A DNA stretch of 64,000 nt from Oscillospiraceae bacterium (lineage in GTDB: Bacteria > Bacillota > Clostridia > Oscillospirales > Oscillospiraceae), in the NCBI GenBank assembly GCA_017445875.1, contig JAFSRZ010000005.1, forward strand, positions 5,251 through 69,250, given 5' to 3'. The position numbers were made by a program, and so were the translations under genes. Below are positions 30,563 to 39,548 of this stretch, one piece after another. A model generated the notes under the pieces. It searched no databases and was not told the origin of the DNA. It saw nothing but the letters and a program-made list of their open reading frames with translations. The stretch's first letter is position 1. Each line of letters opens with the position of its first letter.

Positions 30563-31828
30563 TCAACGCGCCATGTCGCCCAGACCGGTGACAATTTTGC
30601 CGTCGTAGAGGTCATGGGCGCGTACAATGACCTCATCCCCGGCGCGGACGCGCAGAACGTCGGACGCCTCCGGCGTGGCGCGGACTAACAGGAAGTCCTC
30701 CCCGGTGTAGAACACCTCCACGGGCTTGAAGCGGACTTCCGTACCCATGACGCAGTAAAGCCCCTGCCGCTTGTCCTCGTCGTTTTCGGACGGCAACAGC
30801 CGTAACGCCTCACGCGGCACCCGCAGTCCCTCCATGCTCCCGAACACCAGCGACGCCTTTTGACGCCGTAACAATGTTACATCGGAGAGATATTCCTTAC
30901 AGCGCAACACCACAACGGCGCGTCCGTTCTCCTCGTCGCCGACCATGTAGAGTTCTACCGGGAAGTCGCGGTCAATGCCCCGCGTGAAGCGCAGTACCGG
31001 CGACGCCGACGCCGTACGGGTACGCAGTTCCTCCACGCGCTCCATGGGCAGTACGGCGGCATAGTACCAGTAGTCGCCGTAGACAAGTTTCCCGGCGGGG
31101 GATATGGCCTGTTCATCGGGGTCAAGCGCCGCGAAACTCGACGGCGTCAGTTGCGGAAGCGTCGCGGGGGTCAGAAGCGCCTCGTAGCCGTCCGTGACCG
31201 ACGAGTACAGCCCCGAACGCGACGCCGTGATTTTGCGGACTTCCCGCTCGGCGCGGCTTTGCAGGGATTCCAATGTGCTTTCCAGTTCCCCGATTTCCAT
31301 GTCAAGGTTGTCGAGGTCGACGGGGGTATAGTCTCGCTTTAGAATCATGGTGCGGAGTTGCGCCCCCTGTTCGCGGGCGCGGTCGAGACGCCCCGCCGAA
31401 AGCGCGGCGCGGTGCTGTAACAGCGTCTGGAAAATCTGACTGTCCATCCGCGACGACACCTCCGCGCCGGTAGCGGTCGCCCGTGCGTAGCGCAACTGTT
31501 CCAGACGACGTTGTACCGCGTCGGTCTCGGTCTGCATGCGCAGGGCGTCTTGGTCGGCGTAGACCCGCGCAACGGTGCCGTGTACCGAAACGCGTTCGCC
31601 CTCGGCGCGGCTTGCGCGCACAAACGTTCCGTCGTCGACTGTCAGCGCGGCCTCGTCACGAATCACACAGCCGTTTAACTCCATACTTTCCTCGAAGCGG
31701 TAGAGCCACACCACCGTAGTCGAAAAGGGGTCGTTGAAGTAGCGGTACGTCTGGACTCCGAAGTAAGCGGACGACAACAGTACCAGAAGCCCCACCAGTA
31801 AGCGGAACCCCCAGCGGCGTATATTCAT
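30563..31828 (-). CDS. HlyD-like membrane fusion/adaptor-fold protein
   Basis: N-terminal TM, EGERV barrel motif, coiled coil, SGLYS..DGYE, GLRVP; usual position upstream of yggS in Clostridia. Confidence 0.7.
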   Translation of the reverse strand: MNIRRWGFRLLVGLLVLLSSAYFGVQTYRYFNDPFSTTVVWLYRFEESMELNGCVIRDEAALTVDDGTFVRASRAEGERVSVHGTVARVYADQDALRMQTETDAVQRRLEQLRYARATATGAEVSSRMDSQIFQTLLQHRAALSAGRLDRAREQGAQLRTMILKRDYTPVDLDNLDMEIGELESTLESLQSRAEREVRKITASRSGLYSSVTDGYEALLTPATLPQLTPSSFAALDPDEQAISPAGKLVYGDYWYYAAVLPMERVEELRTRTASASPVLRFTRGIDRDFPVELYMVGDEENGRAVVVLRCKEYLSDVTLLRRQKASLVFGSMEGLRVPREALRLLPSENDEDKRQGLYCVMGTEVRFKPVEVFYTGEDFLLVRATPEASDVLRVRAGDEVIVRAHDLYDGKIVTGLGDMAR

Positions 31829-31897
31829 AGCCTGTACACCTCTCTGTCTTTACGGAAAGTCCGGAGCGCGTCGGCGCTCCGGTGATGTAGGTTGGGC

Positions 31898-32134
31898 TTA
31901 CAGGAAGGCGCGGTCCTCGGTCAGGTCGACGGGGCGGGACGGGGCAATGGTCGAGATAGCGTGCTTGTAAATCATCTGCTGGCGTCCCTCGCTGTCGAGA
32001 ATCACGGCGAAGGCGTCGAAGCCCACGATGACGCCGCGCATTTGGAAGCCGTTCATGAGAAACATCGTGACGGGGATTCTGTCGCGCCGTGCGCGGATAA
32101 GGAAGAGTTCTTGTAAGTTGGCCTTGTTCTGCAT
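31898..32134 (-). CDS. hfq: RNA chaperone Hfq
   Basis: [27 protein letters not shown]; downstream of miaA; SD AAGGAG. Confidence 0.96.
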   Translation of the reverse strand: MQNKANLQELFLIRARRDRIPVTMFLMNGFQMRGVIVGFDAFAVILDSEGRQQMIYKHAISTIAPSRPVDLTEDRAFL

Positions 32135-32252
32135 GTCTAACACTCCTTTTTCTGTTTGTTGACCCGTGACCGGGCGCACGCGGTACGGGGTACCTCTCCC
32201 GTACGGCGTCCGTCCGAAACGTGCCGCGACACGGACAGCTTGTCCGCGCTCC

Positions 32253-33194
32253 TTAGCATACGCCATTCCCTAAGCAATAATCCGTCGAAACTTGGACTAT
32301 CTCCGAAAAATCCCGCCCCTCGTAACGTTCCAGCCAGTAAATGTCCCGGTTGCGCCGGAACCATGTCAACTGTCGCTTGGCGTACTGCCGCGTGCGGAGT
32401 TTGACTTCCGCGACGCCCTCCGCGAATGTCTTTTCACCGTCGAGTACGGGCAGGAGTTCCTTGTACCCGATAGCCTGTAGCGCGGTGGCGTCCCGTGGCA
32501 CTCGCGCCGCAAGCGCCCGGACTTCTTCCAGTAAACCGGCCTCCATCATGCGGTCTACGCGACGGTCTAAGGCGGCCTTCATTTCGTCGCGGTCACGGTA
32601 ACGCAGTCCCAGCCAGATTGCCCGGTAGCGCGGCGGCGTGGACTGTGTGGCGATATTGTGCGCCGTGATAGTAGTTCCGGTCTCGCGGTAAACCTCCAAG
32701 GCACGGAGTACGCGTTTCGTGTCTGACGGGTGAATCCTCGCGGCGGCGTCGGGGTCGACGGCGCGGAGTTCGCGCAACAACGGCGCGATTCCGTCACGGC
32801 GTAATGTATCCTCTAACACGCGCCGGGTCTCGCCGCCGCTCTTTCCCGGCGCGAATCCGTGTTGCCGAAGCAAGGCCTCCATCCAAAGTCCGGTTCCGCC
32901 CACCAGTAACGGACGCTTCCCGCGGGCAAGAATGTCATCGACAACCGGCGCGGCGGCGTCCACGTAACGCGCCACTGACCACGATTCCACGGGGTCGGCG
33001 ACGGCTATCATGTGATGTGGAACGCCGCGCATTTCGTCGGGGGTGGGCGCGGCGGAACCAATCGCCATGCCCCGGTAAATCTGCATGGAGTCGGCGGAGA
33101 CCACTTCCCCGTTGAAACGTTCCGCCAGCGCGACGCCTAACGCGGTTTTGCCGCACCCGGTCGGCCCCGCGACACAAATTACCGGTTCCAGCAT
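32253..33194 (-). CDS. miaA: tRNA dimethylallyltransferase
   Basis: [38 protein letters not shown]. Confidence 0.98.
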   Translation of the reverse strand: MLEPVICVAGPTGCGKTALGVALAERFNGEVVSADSMQIYRGMAIGSAAPTPDEMRGVPHHMIAVADPVESWSVARYVDAAAPVVDDILARGKRPLLVGGTGLWMEALLRQHGFAPGKSGGETRRVLEDTLRRDGIAPLLRELRAVDPDAAARIHPSDTKRVLRALEVYRETGTTITAHNIATQSTPPRYRAIWLGLRYRDRDEMKAALDRRVDRMMEAGLLEEVRALAARVPRDATALQAIGYKELLPVLDGEKTFAEGVAEVKLRTRQYAKRQLTWFRRNRDIYWLERYEGRDFSEIVQVSTDYCLGNGVC

Positions 33195-33213
33195 GCAAAT
33201 TCCCCCTCTCCCG

Positions 33214-33427
33214 CATAAGCGTTAAGCTATGTCAAAAGTCCCCCTCCGTCGCTACGCGACACCTCCCCCGCCGTGCGGGGGAGGCGGATAACCCGACATT
33301 CCCCGTGAAATTGTTACACTTTCCCTGTCGGCAGTCCCGCGAAGCCATCCCCGCGCACGGGGAGGGTGGCGCGTCGCGCCGGGTGGGGCGATTTCGGACA
33401 ACGTTCCAGCTTAACTTAACGCCTATG
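33214..33427 (-). mobile_element. 214-bp MITE (second full copy) at the miaA ribosome-binding site
   Basis: TIRs CATAAGCGTTAAGCTATG / CTTAACTTAACGCCTATG; flanks CCCCTCTCCCG / CCATTCTCCCG (9/11). Confidence 0.85.
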
Positions 33428-33568
33428 CCATTCTCCCGTGACATGGGTATACTTCATTTAGATAATTCGTAAATCGGGCGGATTTTTTTGGGGTCGCGGC
33501 GGGAAAATTTAGACATTGCGCAATTGAAACACCCGCGCCGACGGGGCGTCCTCCTATGGCGACATATT

Positions 33569-35551
33569 TTATACCCTTTTGAAAAGTTTTTCAATCTCAA
33601 ATTTTGTTATTTTTGCGGCGACGGGGCGTCCGTGCGGACAGTACCGCACTTCCCCGCTCTGTACTTTGTCCACAAGGGCGCGTAATTCTCGCGGCGACGT
33701 GTCCTCGCCGCCCCGAATCGCCGACTTACACGCCATTGTCCGATATAAGGCCTCCCGGCGCTCGGCGGTACTGTGACCGCCGCGCAAGTCCTCGGACAGT
33801 TCCTCCAATGTGGCGGTAATGTCGCCGGGGTCGATATCGGACGGAATCTCGCGTACCAACAGCGTATTCCCGCCGAAGTCCTCACACGAAAATCCCAATG
33901 TTTCCAGCGTGTCGAGATTGTCCAGCAAAAGCGCGGCGTCCTCCCGCGACAGTTCCACGGCGACGGGCTTTAACAGCGTCTGCGGCATGGGCGGGGCGTC
34001 GCCCGCCTGTAATGCGTCAAAGCGGATTCGTTCATGTGCGGCGTGCTTGTCAATCAGGTACAGATTCCCGGACGCGTCCTCACAGATAATGTACGTCGCC
34101 AGCACTTCCCCGGCAATGCGCCACGGGGCTACACGGGGTTCCGGGAGAATGTCGCGCTGTCCGGGAAGGCCGGACATTTTCGGCGTCGGCGTGTCGGACT
34201 GTTTCGGCGTAGCGGGAATGTCGCGTTGTTCCGGCGCGTCCGGCGTCGTGGACGCTTCCGGCGTGTCCGCGAAGCCCGGCGGGACTTCCAATGTGTCCGG
34301 CGTCATGGACAGTTCCGGCGCGTCCGAAACTGTTGCCGGTGTCGCGTTCGGAATCGGTGCCGGTGTCGCGGGTACGGGGATTGTCTCTACGTCCGCGAAA
34401 CGGTTCGTTGTCATCCAAGGCTTTCCGGCGGCGTTCGTGACTTCCTGACGGTACGTTTTGGCGTCCATGTTTCGGAAAAACGGCGCGGCGGGTTCCGACA
34501 CCGCTTTCCGTGACGCCTGTGGCGTGACTGTTTTTTGTGACGCTTGCGGCGTGACAGTGCCGCCTTTCGCGTTCAGGTCGTCCAACACGGTGTGATACAC
34601 CGCCCGGAATACGTCCTGCTCCCGCGAAAATTTGACTTCCGTTTTCGCGGGGTGTACATTCACGTCGACCATGTGCGCGGGCATGCTCACGGACAGTACA
34701 CAGCCCGGAAATTTGTCCTTTAACATCTGATTCCGGTACGCTTCTTCCAGTGCGGCGGTCAGCAGTTGCGACTTGATGAAGCGTCCGTTCAGGAAAAACA
34801 TCTGCATGGCGCGGGAACCGCGTCCGTACGCCGGGGACGTGACAAAGCCTGATACCACGATGTCACCGCCGCGCCCGTCCACCGGCAACAGGGAACGGGC
34901 GAACTCCCGCCCGTACGCCGCATAAATCGCCGACAATAAATTTCCGTCGCCGGGCGTCCGAAACGCGTTCACGCCGTCCTTGTCGAACCGGAACGCGATA
35001 TCCGGGTGTGACAGCGCCAGATGTTGCATGAGACCGTTAATAGCGGCGGTTTCGGCGCTGTCCTTACGCATGAACTTGAGCCGCGCCGGGGTGTTGTAGA
35101 ACAGGTCCCGAACCGTAATCACAGTGCCGTCAGGCGTCCCGGCGTCCTCGACGCTTCCGAAGTCGCCGCCCTCCACGCACAGTCTGCAACCGGTGTCCGC
35201 GCCGCGCTGACGCGTCTGTATCTCCACGCGGCTGACGGCGCAAATAGCCGCCAGCGCTTCCCCGCGAAAGCCTAACGTCTCGATACAACCGAGGTCGTCG
35301 GCGGAACGTACTTTACTTGTGGCGTGGCGCAGAAACGCCGTCGGGAGTTCGTCGGACGCTATCCCGCTCCCGTCGTCGCGGACGCTGATACAGCGCATGC
35401 CCCCGCGCTCAATCGACACGCTGATTGTCTTACTCTGCGCGTCAATGGCGTTTTCGACAAGTTCCTTGACCACGCTCGCGGGGCGTTCGACAACCTCCCC
35501 CGCCGCGATTAACTCCGCCACATGATGTTCTAATACTTGAATCTTTGCCAT
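33569..35551 (-). CDS. mutL: DNA mismatch repair endonuclease MutL
   Basis: IAAGEVVERP, GFRGEAL, DVNVHP, DKHAAHER, ACK, CPHGRP. Confidence 0.97.
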   Translation of the reverse strand: MAKIQVLEHHVAELIAAGEVVERPASVVKELVENAIDAQSKTISVSIERGGMRCISVRDDGSGIASDELPTAFLRHATSKVRSADDLGCIETLGFRGEALAAICAVSRVEIQTRQRGADTGCRLCVEGGDFGSVEDAGTPDGTVITVRDLFYNTPARLKFMRKDSAETAAINGLMQHLALSHPDIAFRFDKDGVNAFRTPGDGNLLSAIYAAYGREFARSLLPVDGRGGDIVVSGFVTSPAYGRGSRAMQMFFLNGRFIKSQLLTAALEEAYRNQMLKDKFPGCVLSVSMPAHMVDVNVHPAKTEVKFSREQDVFRAVYHTVLDDLNAKGGTVTPQASQKTVTPQASRKAVSEPAAPFFRNMDAKTYRQEVTNAAGKPWMTTNRFADVETIPVPATPAPIPNATPATVSDAPELSMTPDTLEVPPGFADTPEASTTPDAPEQRDIPATPKQSDTPTPKMSGLPGQRDILPEPRVAPWRIAGEVLATYIICEDASGNLYLIDKHAAHERIRFDALQAGDAPPMPQTLLKPVAVELSREDAALLLDNLDTLETLGFSCEDFGGNTLLVREIPSDIDPGDITATLEELSEDLRGGHSTAERREALYRTMACKSAIRGGEDTSPRELRALVDKVQSGEVRYCPHGRPVAAKITKFEIEKLFKRV

Positions 35552-35555
35552 CGTT

Positions 35556-35999
35556 TCACCTCTCATCCAAGGCGCGGACAAGCGTTTCCAATTCCTGTGC
35601 CGCCGCGTCGGTGTCCGCCGAACGCAGAAGCGTATTTTTGCGGTCTGTCTCGATATTGACCACGTGTCCGGGGCGTTCATGCCCGAACGCGTCACGGTTC
35701 GACCAGCAGTACACTTTCCGAATACTCGTGCGCGGAATCGTTTTGCCGTCTATGACAAGTTCCGTATCCGTCAGCGTCCACGCAATCCGGCGGACAGTCC
35801 CGGACAGGTTCAGGCGTCCGTACAGCACCCGACAGAGTACGTACGCCGTCAGCGCGATGACCGCGCCGCCTGCCGCGCCGCCGACATCCACAAATCGGAA
35901 CACAAGCATAGTCAGCGCGAACGCCGTCGCGCCCGACGCCGCAAGCGCTACAAGTTCCGCTTTCAGGTTCCGCTCTTTGATGGTGATTTCTCCCGACAT
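35556..35999 (-). CDS. Hypothetical membrane protein (two TMs, possible PH-like soluble domain)
   Basis: Hydrophobic N-terminal hairpin; stop lies 4 nt before the mutL start. Confidence 0.55.
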   Translation of the reverse strand: MSGEITIKERNLKAELVALAASGATAFALTMLVFRFVDVGGAAGGAVIALTAYVLCRVLYGRLNLSGTVRRIAWTLTDTELVIDGKTIPRTSIRKVYCWSNRDAFGHERPGHVVNIETDRKNTLLRSADTDAAAQELETLVRALDER

Positions 36000-36048
36000 G
36001 GCCTCATATCCTTTCCATAATTTCTTTGAAAATTCGTGGCCGAACGTA

Positions 36049-36077
36049 TTGACAATGTTGCACAAAAGGAGTAAAAT
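36049..36077 (+). promoter_or_regulatory. Sigma-A type promoter for the RHH-methyltransferase unit
   Basis: TTGACA-17bp-TAAAAT. Confidence 0.75.
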
Positions 36078-36096
36078 ACAATACCGGGGTGAGCCA

Positions 36097-36276
36097 ATGA
36101 AAAAAACAATATCCATGAGTATCCGCGTAAGCGGGGAGGAACTCGAAAAGCTGAAAAAGGCGGCGGAACTTCAAAATTACGCTTCCTACAGCGAATTTGT
36201 GCGACGTACGGCCTTAATAGAGGCGGCACGGGTCTTGAAAGAGGCCAGCAGTGGAAAGGAGGAAAATTCCGGTTGA
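36097..36276 (+). CDS. Small ribbon-helix-helix protein (DUF1778-like), putative R-M regulator
   Basis: MKKTISMSIRVSGEELEKLKKAAE...SEFVRRTAL; stop overlaps the methyltransferase TTG start. Confidence 0.72.
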   Translation: MKKTISMSIRVSGEELEKLKKAAELQNYASYSEFVRRTALIEAARVLKEASSGKEENSG

Positions 36277-37169
36277 AAGTCGCGTCCTTTTTTAGCGGTA
36301 TCGGCGGCATTGACTTGGGCTTGGAACGGGCGGGGATGGAAGTGGCGTTCCAATGCGAAATTTTGAGCTTCGGACAGAAGGTCTTAAAGCGCCACTGGCC
36401 TGATGTGCCGCTCGCGCCTGACATTACAAAAGTCAAGGCGGGAGACATACCGGATGTGGACATCTTCGCGGGGGGCTTTCCGTGTCAGGACTTGTCTTTG
36501 GCGAATCAGGGGAAACGAAAAGGATTGGAGGGGGCGCGGAGTGGGCTTTTCTACGCGTACGCGAACCTTGTCAGGCAAAAACGGCCTCGCTGGGTTTTTA
36601 TCGAAAATGTTCCCGGACTTCTTAACAGTGCCGACGGTGCGGACTTTAAGGTCGTCGTCTCCACGCTGGATGAATTCGGGTATGGTGTTTCGTGGAGAAT
36701 ACTGGATGCAAAATTCTTTGGAACACCCCAGCGCCGTCGAAGAACGTACATTGTCGCAAGTCTTGGAACCATCGGCGCCGCTGAAGTATTATTTGAGCGG
36801 GGAACAAATCCAGTCGCTGATAAACCGCGCAACAGAGCGCGGAACTTCCTTGCCTCCGGCGATGATGAAAGCCTACCGGGCGCAAATCTCTTTTCTATCC
36901 AGCACGCGGGCATTGGCAGAAGAACAAGCGCGGGGCCGCAGGGAAAAGGCTATCGAAATGATGGAGAAACTTATACTCTCGACTCCCGCGGCAACTCGGA
37001 TGCTGTTTGTAAGACGGATGCTCCCTTCGGAGTGCGAGCGGCTGCAGGGCCTCCCCGCGGGCTGGACGGAGATAGATACAGAGCTATCGGAAACGCCGTC
37101 TGTGTCCCCGTCATCGAATGGATAGGACACCGAATTATGGAAGCCGACAGAAAATACTATCGGACGTAA
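36273..37169 (+). CDS. C5-cytosine DNA methyltransferase alpha subunit (M.EcoHK31I/M.EaeI-like)
   Basis: FSGIGG (I), GFPCQDLS (IV), ENVPG (VI), PQRRRR (VIII), RAIGNAV (X); motif IX absent in this frame. Confidence 0.92.
   Translation: MKVASFFSGIGGIDLGLERAGMEVAFQCEILSFGQKVLKRHWPDVPLAPDITKVKAGDIPDVDIFAGGFPCQDLSLANQGKRKGLEGARSGLFYAYANLVRQKRPRWVFIENVPGLLNSADGADFKVVVSTLDEFGYGVSWRILDAKFFGTPQRRRRTYIVASLGTIGAAEVLFERGTNPVADKPRNRARNFLASGDDESLPGANLFSIQHAGIGRRTSAGPQGKGYRNDGETYTLDSRGNSDAVCKTDAPFGVRAAAGPPRGLDGDRYRAIGNAVCVPVIEWIGHRIMEADRKYYRT
36607..37125 (+). CDS. Methyltransferase beta subunit in the +1 frame inside the alpha gene (start ATG 36607, or TTG 36568)
   Basis: Open frame carries motif IX RRMLPSECERLQGLPAGWT and WMNSGMVFRGEYWMQNS..TLSQVLE, as I recall for M.EcoHK31I beta. 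Confidence 0.85.
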   Translation: MFPDFLTVPTVRTLRSSSPRWMNSGMVFRGEYWMQNSLEHPSAVEERTLSQVLEPSAPLKYYLSGEQIQSLINRATERGTSLPPAMMKAYRAQISFLSSTRALAEEQARGRREKAIEMMEKLILSTPAATRMLFVRRMLPSECERLQGLPAGWTEIDTELSETPSVSPSSNG

Positions 37170-37206
37170 AGTGGATGAGCCGTAGTTGTCGCGGCTCATC
37201 CACTTT
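37168..37206. terminator. Bidirectional terminator between convergent M and R genes
   Basis: Perfect 15-bp stem AAAGTGGATGAGCCG / CGGCTCATCCACTTT. Confidence 0.85.
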
Positions 37207-37207
37207 G

Positions 37208-38161
37208 TCAAGGGACGCTGACTTTTTCATTGCGAAGGTTGATAAAATCCCCCCGGAACGCCTCCAGAGACGGTTCCCCCTGATTGATAAGGGCTTGCAC
37301 GAAAGTTTGATAATTTGTGTAGAGCAGTCTGCTTTCGTCCACCGTAAGGGGAATTGCCCCCGGTCGGGGATTGCCGCTGGTATCCTCTTTGAACGTAATC
37401 AAAGCAAGCGTCCAGTTGTACGGGTGCAAGTCAGGCAGATGCGCGGACGCTAATTTGTTCATGAGATAGTCATAAAGCAAAGTTCCCACACAAAACGCGA
37501 TTCCGTACCCTTTCCACGTTTTCATTGCGATATTGCCCTTGACAATAAACTGTTCCTGTTGCCGCCGCCACGCGTTTGTTTCGAGTGTGGACGCCCCTGT
37601 TTCCCGGCGGAGATATTCGTTTGTGCGGTTTTGAGGAAGCCGCCAGTTTTGGATATGACGTGTCTGGACACCCGTGTTTGTGGTTTCGCCGCCTCCCTGC
37701 ATTTCGACAATCAGCCTGTCCGGACCGGAAAACGAACTTCTCCCGCCCCGTACGGTCATGACATAGTCCGCGTTGTATTTTGTGCCTTCTATAACGCTTA
37801 AACGTTCCTCGCGTTTGACGCAGATGTCGGCGGAATCAATCTCCGGGGAAAAGATGTGTCGGGCGACTTGCAGAAGAATGTCCGTCTGGTGCGCGTTCAG
37901 AGGAAGCCCCTTTTTGGTCGAACAGAGCCGCTCGGAGCAGTTTATCCACAGTGTTCCGTCATTTTTTCTGACGGAACATACAGGCTCATTCCCGCTTTTG
38001 AGTTTTTTGCATTCATTTCCGCTCGAAAAGGGACAGAGAGGACAAGCACCGCCCCACTGTGCTTTCCCGTCCCTCCCTTTCGGCGGAATCTCAACCGGGA
38101 CAATGAATGGCGTATCAATATCCGTTCTTTGTCCGAAGTATTCGGCGACGCTGACACCCAT
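37208..38161 (-). CDS. Type II restriction endonuclease (NotI/EaeI-like)
   Basis: AEYFG, Cys cluster CPF..C.K..PVCS..CSERL, AD..VEMQ nuclease motif; convergent with the methyltransferase. Confidence 0.8.
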   Translation of the reverse strand: MGVSVAEYFGQRTDIDTPFIVPVEIPPKGRDGKAQWGGACPLCPFSSGNECKKLKSGNEPVCSVRKNDGTLWINCSERLCSTKKGLPLNAHQTDILLQVARHIFSPEIDSADICVKREERLSVIEGTKYNADYVMTVRGGRSSFSGPDRLIVEMQGGGETTNTGVQTRHIQNWRLPQNRTNEYLRRETGASTLETNAWRRQQEQFIVKGNIAMKTWKGYGIAFCVGTLLYDYLMNKLASAHLPDLHPYNWTLALITFKEDTSGNPRPGAIPLTVDESRLLYTNYQTFVQALINQGEPSLEAFRGDFINLRNEKVSVP

Positions 38162-38534
38162 TTCCGCCGCCTCCTTTCCCTATGATGGCTGATGATGTGT
38201 GGCACATGATAGCATATTCCAAACGAATTGTAAATACATGATTTTTTTCAAAATATGGAAAAGCGCGTCGACCGCACAAGTCAATATTTTTTCTTATTTT
38301 TTAGTAAAAATATTATCTAAAACTGCCGTCCAGCGCGGATATATAGCCTTCCCGAATCCTGAAAAATGCAAAATTTATCATTTTTTCGCGGGTTAAAACC
38401 TGTATATATTGAAATTTCAAAGAGTTTTTCAACAATTTCGCAAAATCATAAAACGCAAATCCGCCCGCCGCGGATACAGTAGAATGGCCCCATCATTCAG
38501 ACAGGCACACGGATTCAGCGGGGAGGCGGTAGTC

Positions 38535-38621
38535 ATGTTGATTCTCTATCAGACGGCGGTACTGCTTGTGTTGGTATCATTGACGGTGCTGTGTCTGGCG
38601 TGGCAAATCGAGAGCGTTTGA
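38535..38621 (+). CDS. Putative 28-aa single-TM peptide
   Basis: SD GGGAGG then MLILYQTAVLLVLVSLTVLCLAWQIESV; resembles the N-terminus of the FHA protein. Confidence 0.45.
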   Translation: MLILYQTAVLLVLVSLTVLCLAWQIESV

Positions 38622-38719
38622 AAACGTCAAAAACTCCGGCAAGTGATACGCTATATTACATCCAAGCGCGATACGGTACACTATCATCCAAGCGGACATT
38701 CAGTAAGGAGGAAATTATT

Positions 38720-39343
38720 ATGTTGCTTCTCTCTCAGATGGCGGTACTTCTTCTGCTGGCGTTAATCGCCGGGGTGTTTCTGGTCATGCTCCGGCACGGC
38801 AACCGGCGGGACAGTCAAATCCGGGACACCGATTCCGAAGCGTTCCCGAATCCGTGGCACGCGAAGCACAGTAAAAACGGCCCTATGACCGTAGTCCCTG
38901 ACCGCCTCATCATGGAACAGCTCAACCCCAAGACCATGAAGAGCGTGAAAGAGTTCAAGGTGGGCAGTATTCCGAAGGAGGGCGTGTCGATTTCCCGTCC
39001 CAACGCCGAAGTTGACGACGGTATTCTGCTTTCCAAGGCGACCAGCGAGGCCTTCACGGTCAGCACACATCACGCCGTGATTGCCGAGGACGAAAAGGGT
39101 CTGTTTATTCAGGACTGCCACTCCAAGAATAACATGTTCGACAAAGACCACAACAAGGTGGAAGAACTGGATATCACGGACGGCATGATTGTGTATCTGG
39201 GACGGCAGCCCGTACGTTTCTCCATTCCGGCGTGGTACAGTGACGACGACATGTCCGGCGACGCGGACGCGAATATTACGCGGTTCTATGAGGACAAAAT
39301 GCCCAATGTTCCCATTACGGTTGTCCGGCGTCGGAAGCGCTGA
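38720..39343 (+). CDS. Membrane-anchored FHA domain protein
   Basis: N-terminal TM; ISR..VSTHHAVI..FIQDCHSKN..DGMIVYLG FHA pattern; SD AAGGAGG. Confidence 0.78.
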   Translation: MLLLSQMAVLLLLALIAGVFLVMLRHGNRRDSQIRDTDSEAFPNPWHAKHSKNGPMTVVPDRLIMEQLNPKTMKSVKEFKVGSIPKEGVSISRPNAEVDDGILLSKATSEAFTVSTHHAVIAEDEKGLFIQDCHSKNNMFDKDHNKVEELDITDGMIVYLGRQPVRFSIPAWYSDDDMSGDADANITRFYEDKMPNVPITVVRRRKR

Positions 39344-39358
39344 AAGGAGGCGGAATCA

Positions 39359-39517
39359 ATGTCTGCATTCCTGTCACAACTTGTCAGCGCGGCACTGGTG
39401 TTGATTCTGCTGTCTGTCAGCGGTGCTGCATTCCTGTTCATGATGGCTCGCCTGACGCCGCACGAGAAACACGACAAAACCGTAGTACGCCGCCACGACG
39501 CCACAAAGACGCCATAA
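39359..39517 (+). CDS. Putative 52-aa single-TM peptide (below ORF-track cut-off)
   Basis: SD AAAGGAGG then MSAFLSQLVSAALVLILLSVSGAAFLFMMARLTPHEKHDK...TP*. Confidence 0.6.
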   Translation: MSAFLSQLVSAALVLILLSVSGAAFLFMMARLTPHEKHDKTVVRRHDATKTP

Positions 39518-39548
39518 TACCGGCAACCGTTCAGGGGAGGGATAAGAA

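Noticed and set aside
33232-33444. 70-aa ORF similar to part of TilS as a real gene
   Set aside because: It is the translation of the MITE interior; the similarity reflects the shared element
33569-35551. MutL inactivation or missing mutS as the cause of the many tandem repeats
   Set aside because: MutL ATPase and endonuclease motifs are intact, and mutS may simply lie outside the window
38300-38660. AAAC...GATA motifs as alternative-sigma promoters for the cluster
   Set aside because: Spacing is inconsistent among the three candidates; too weak without TSS data
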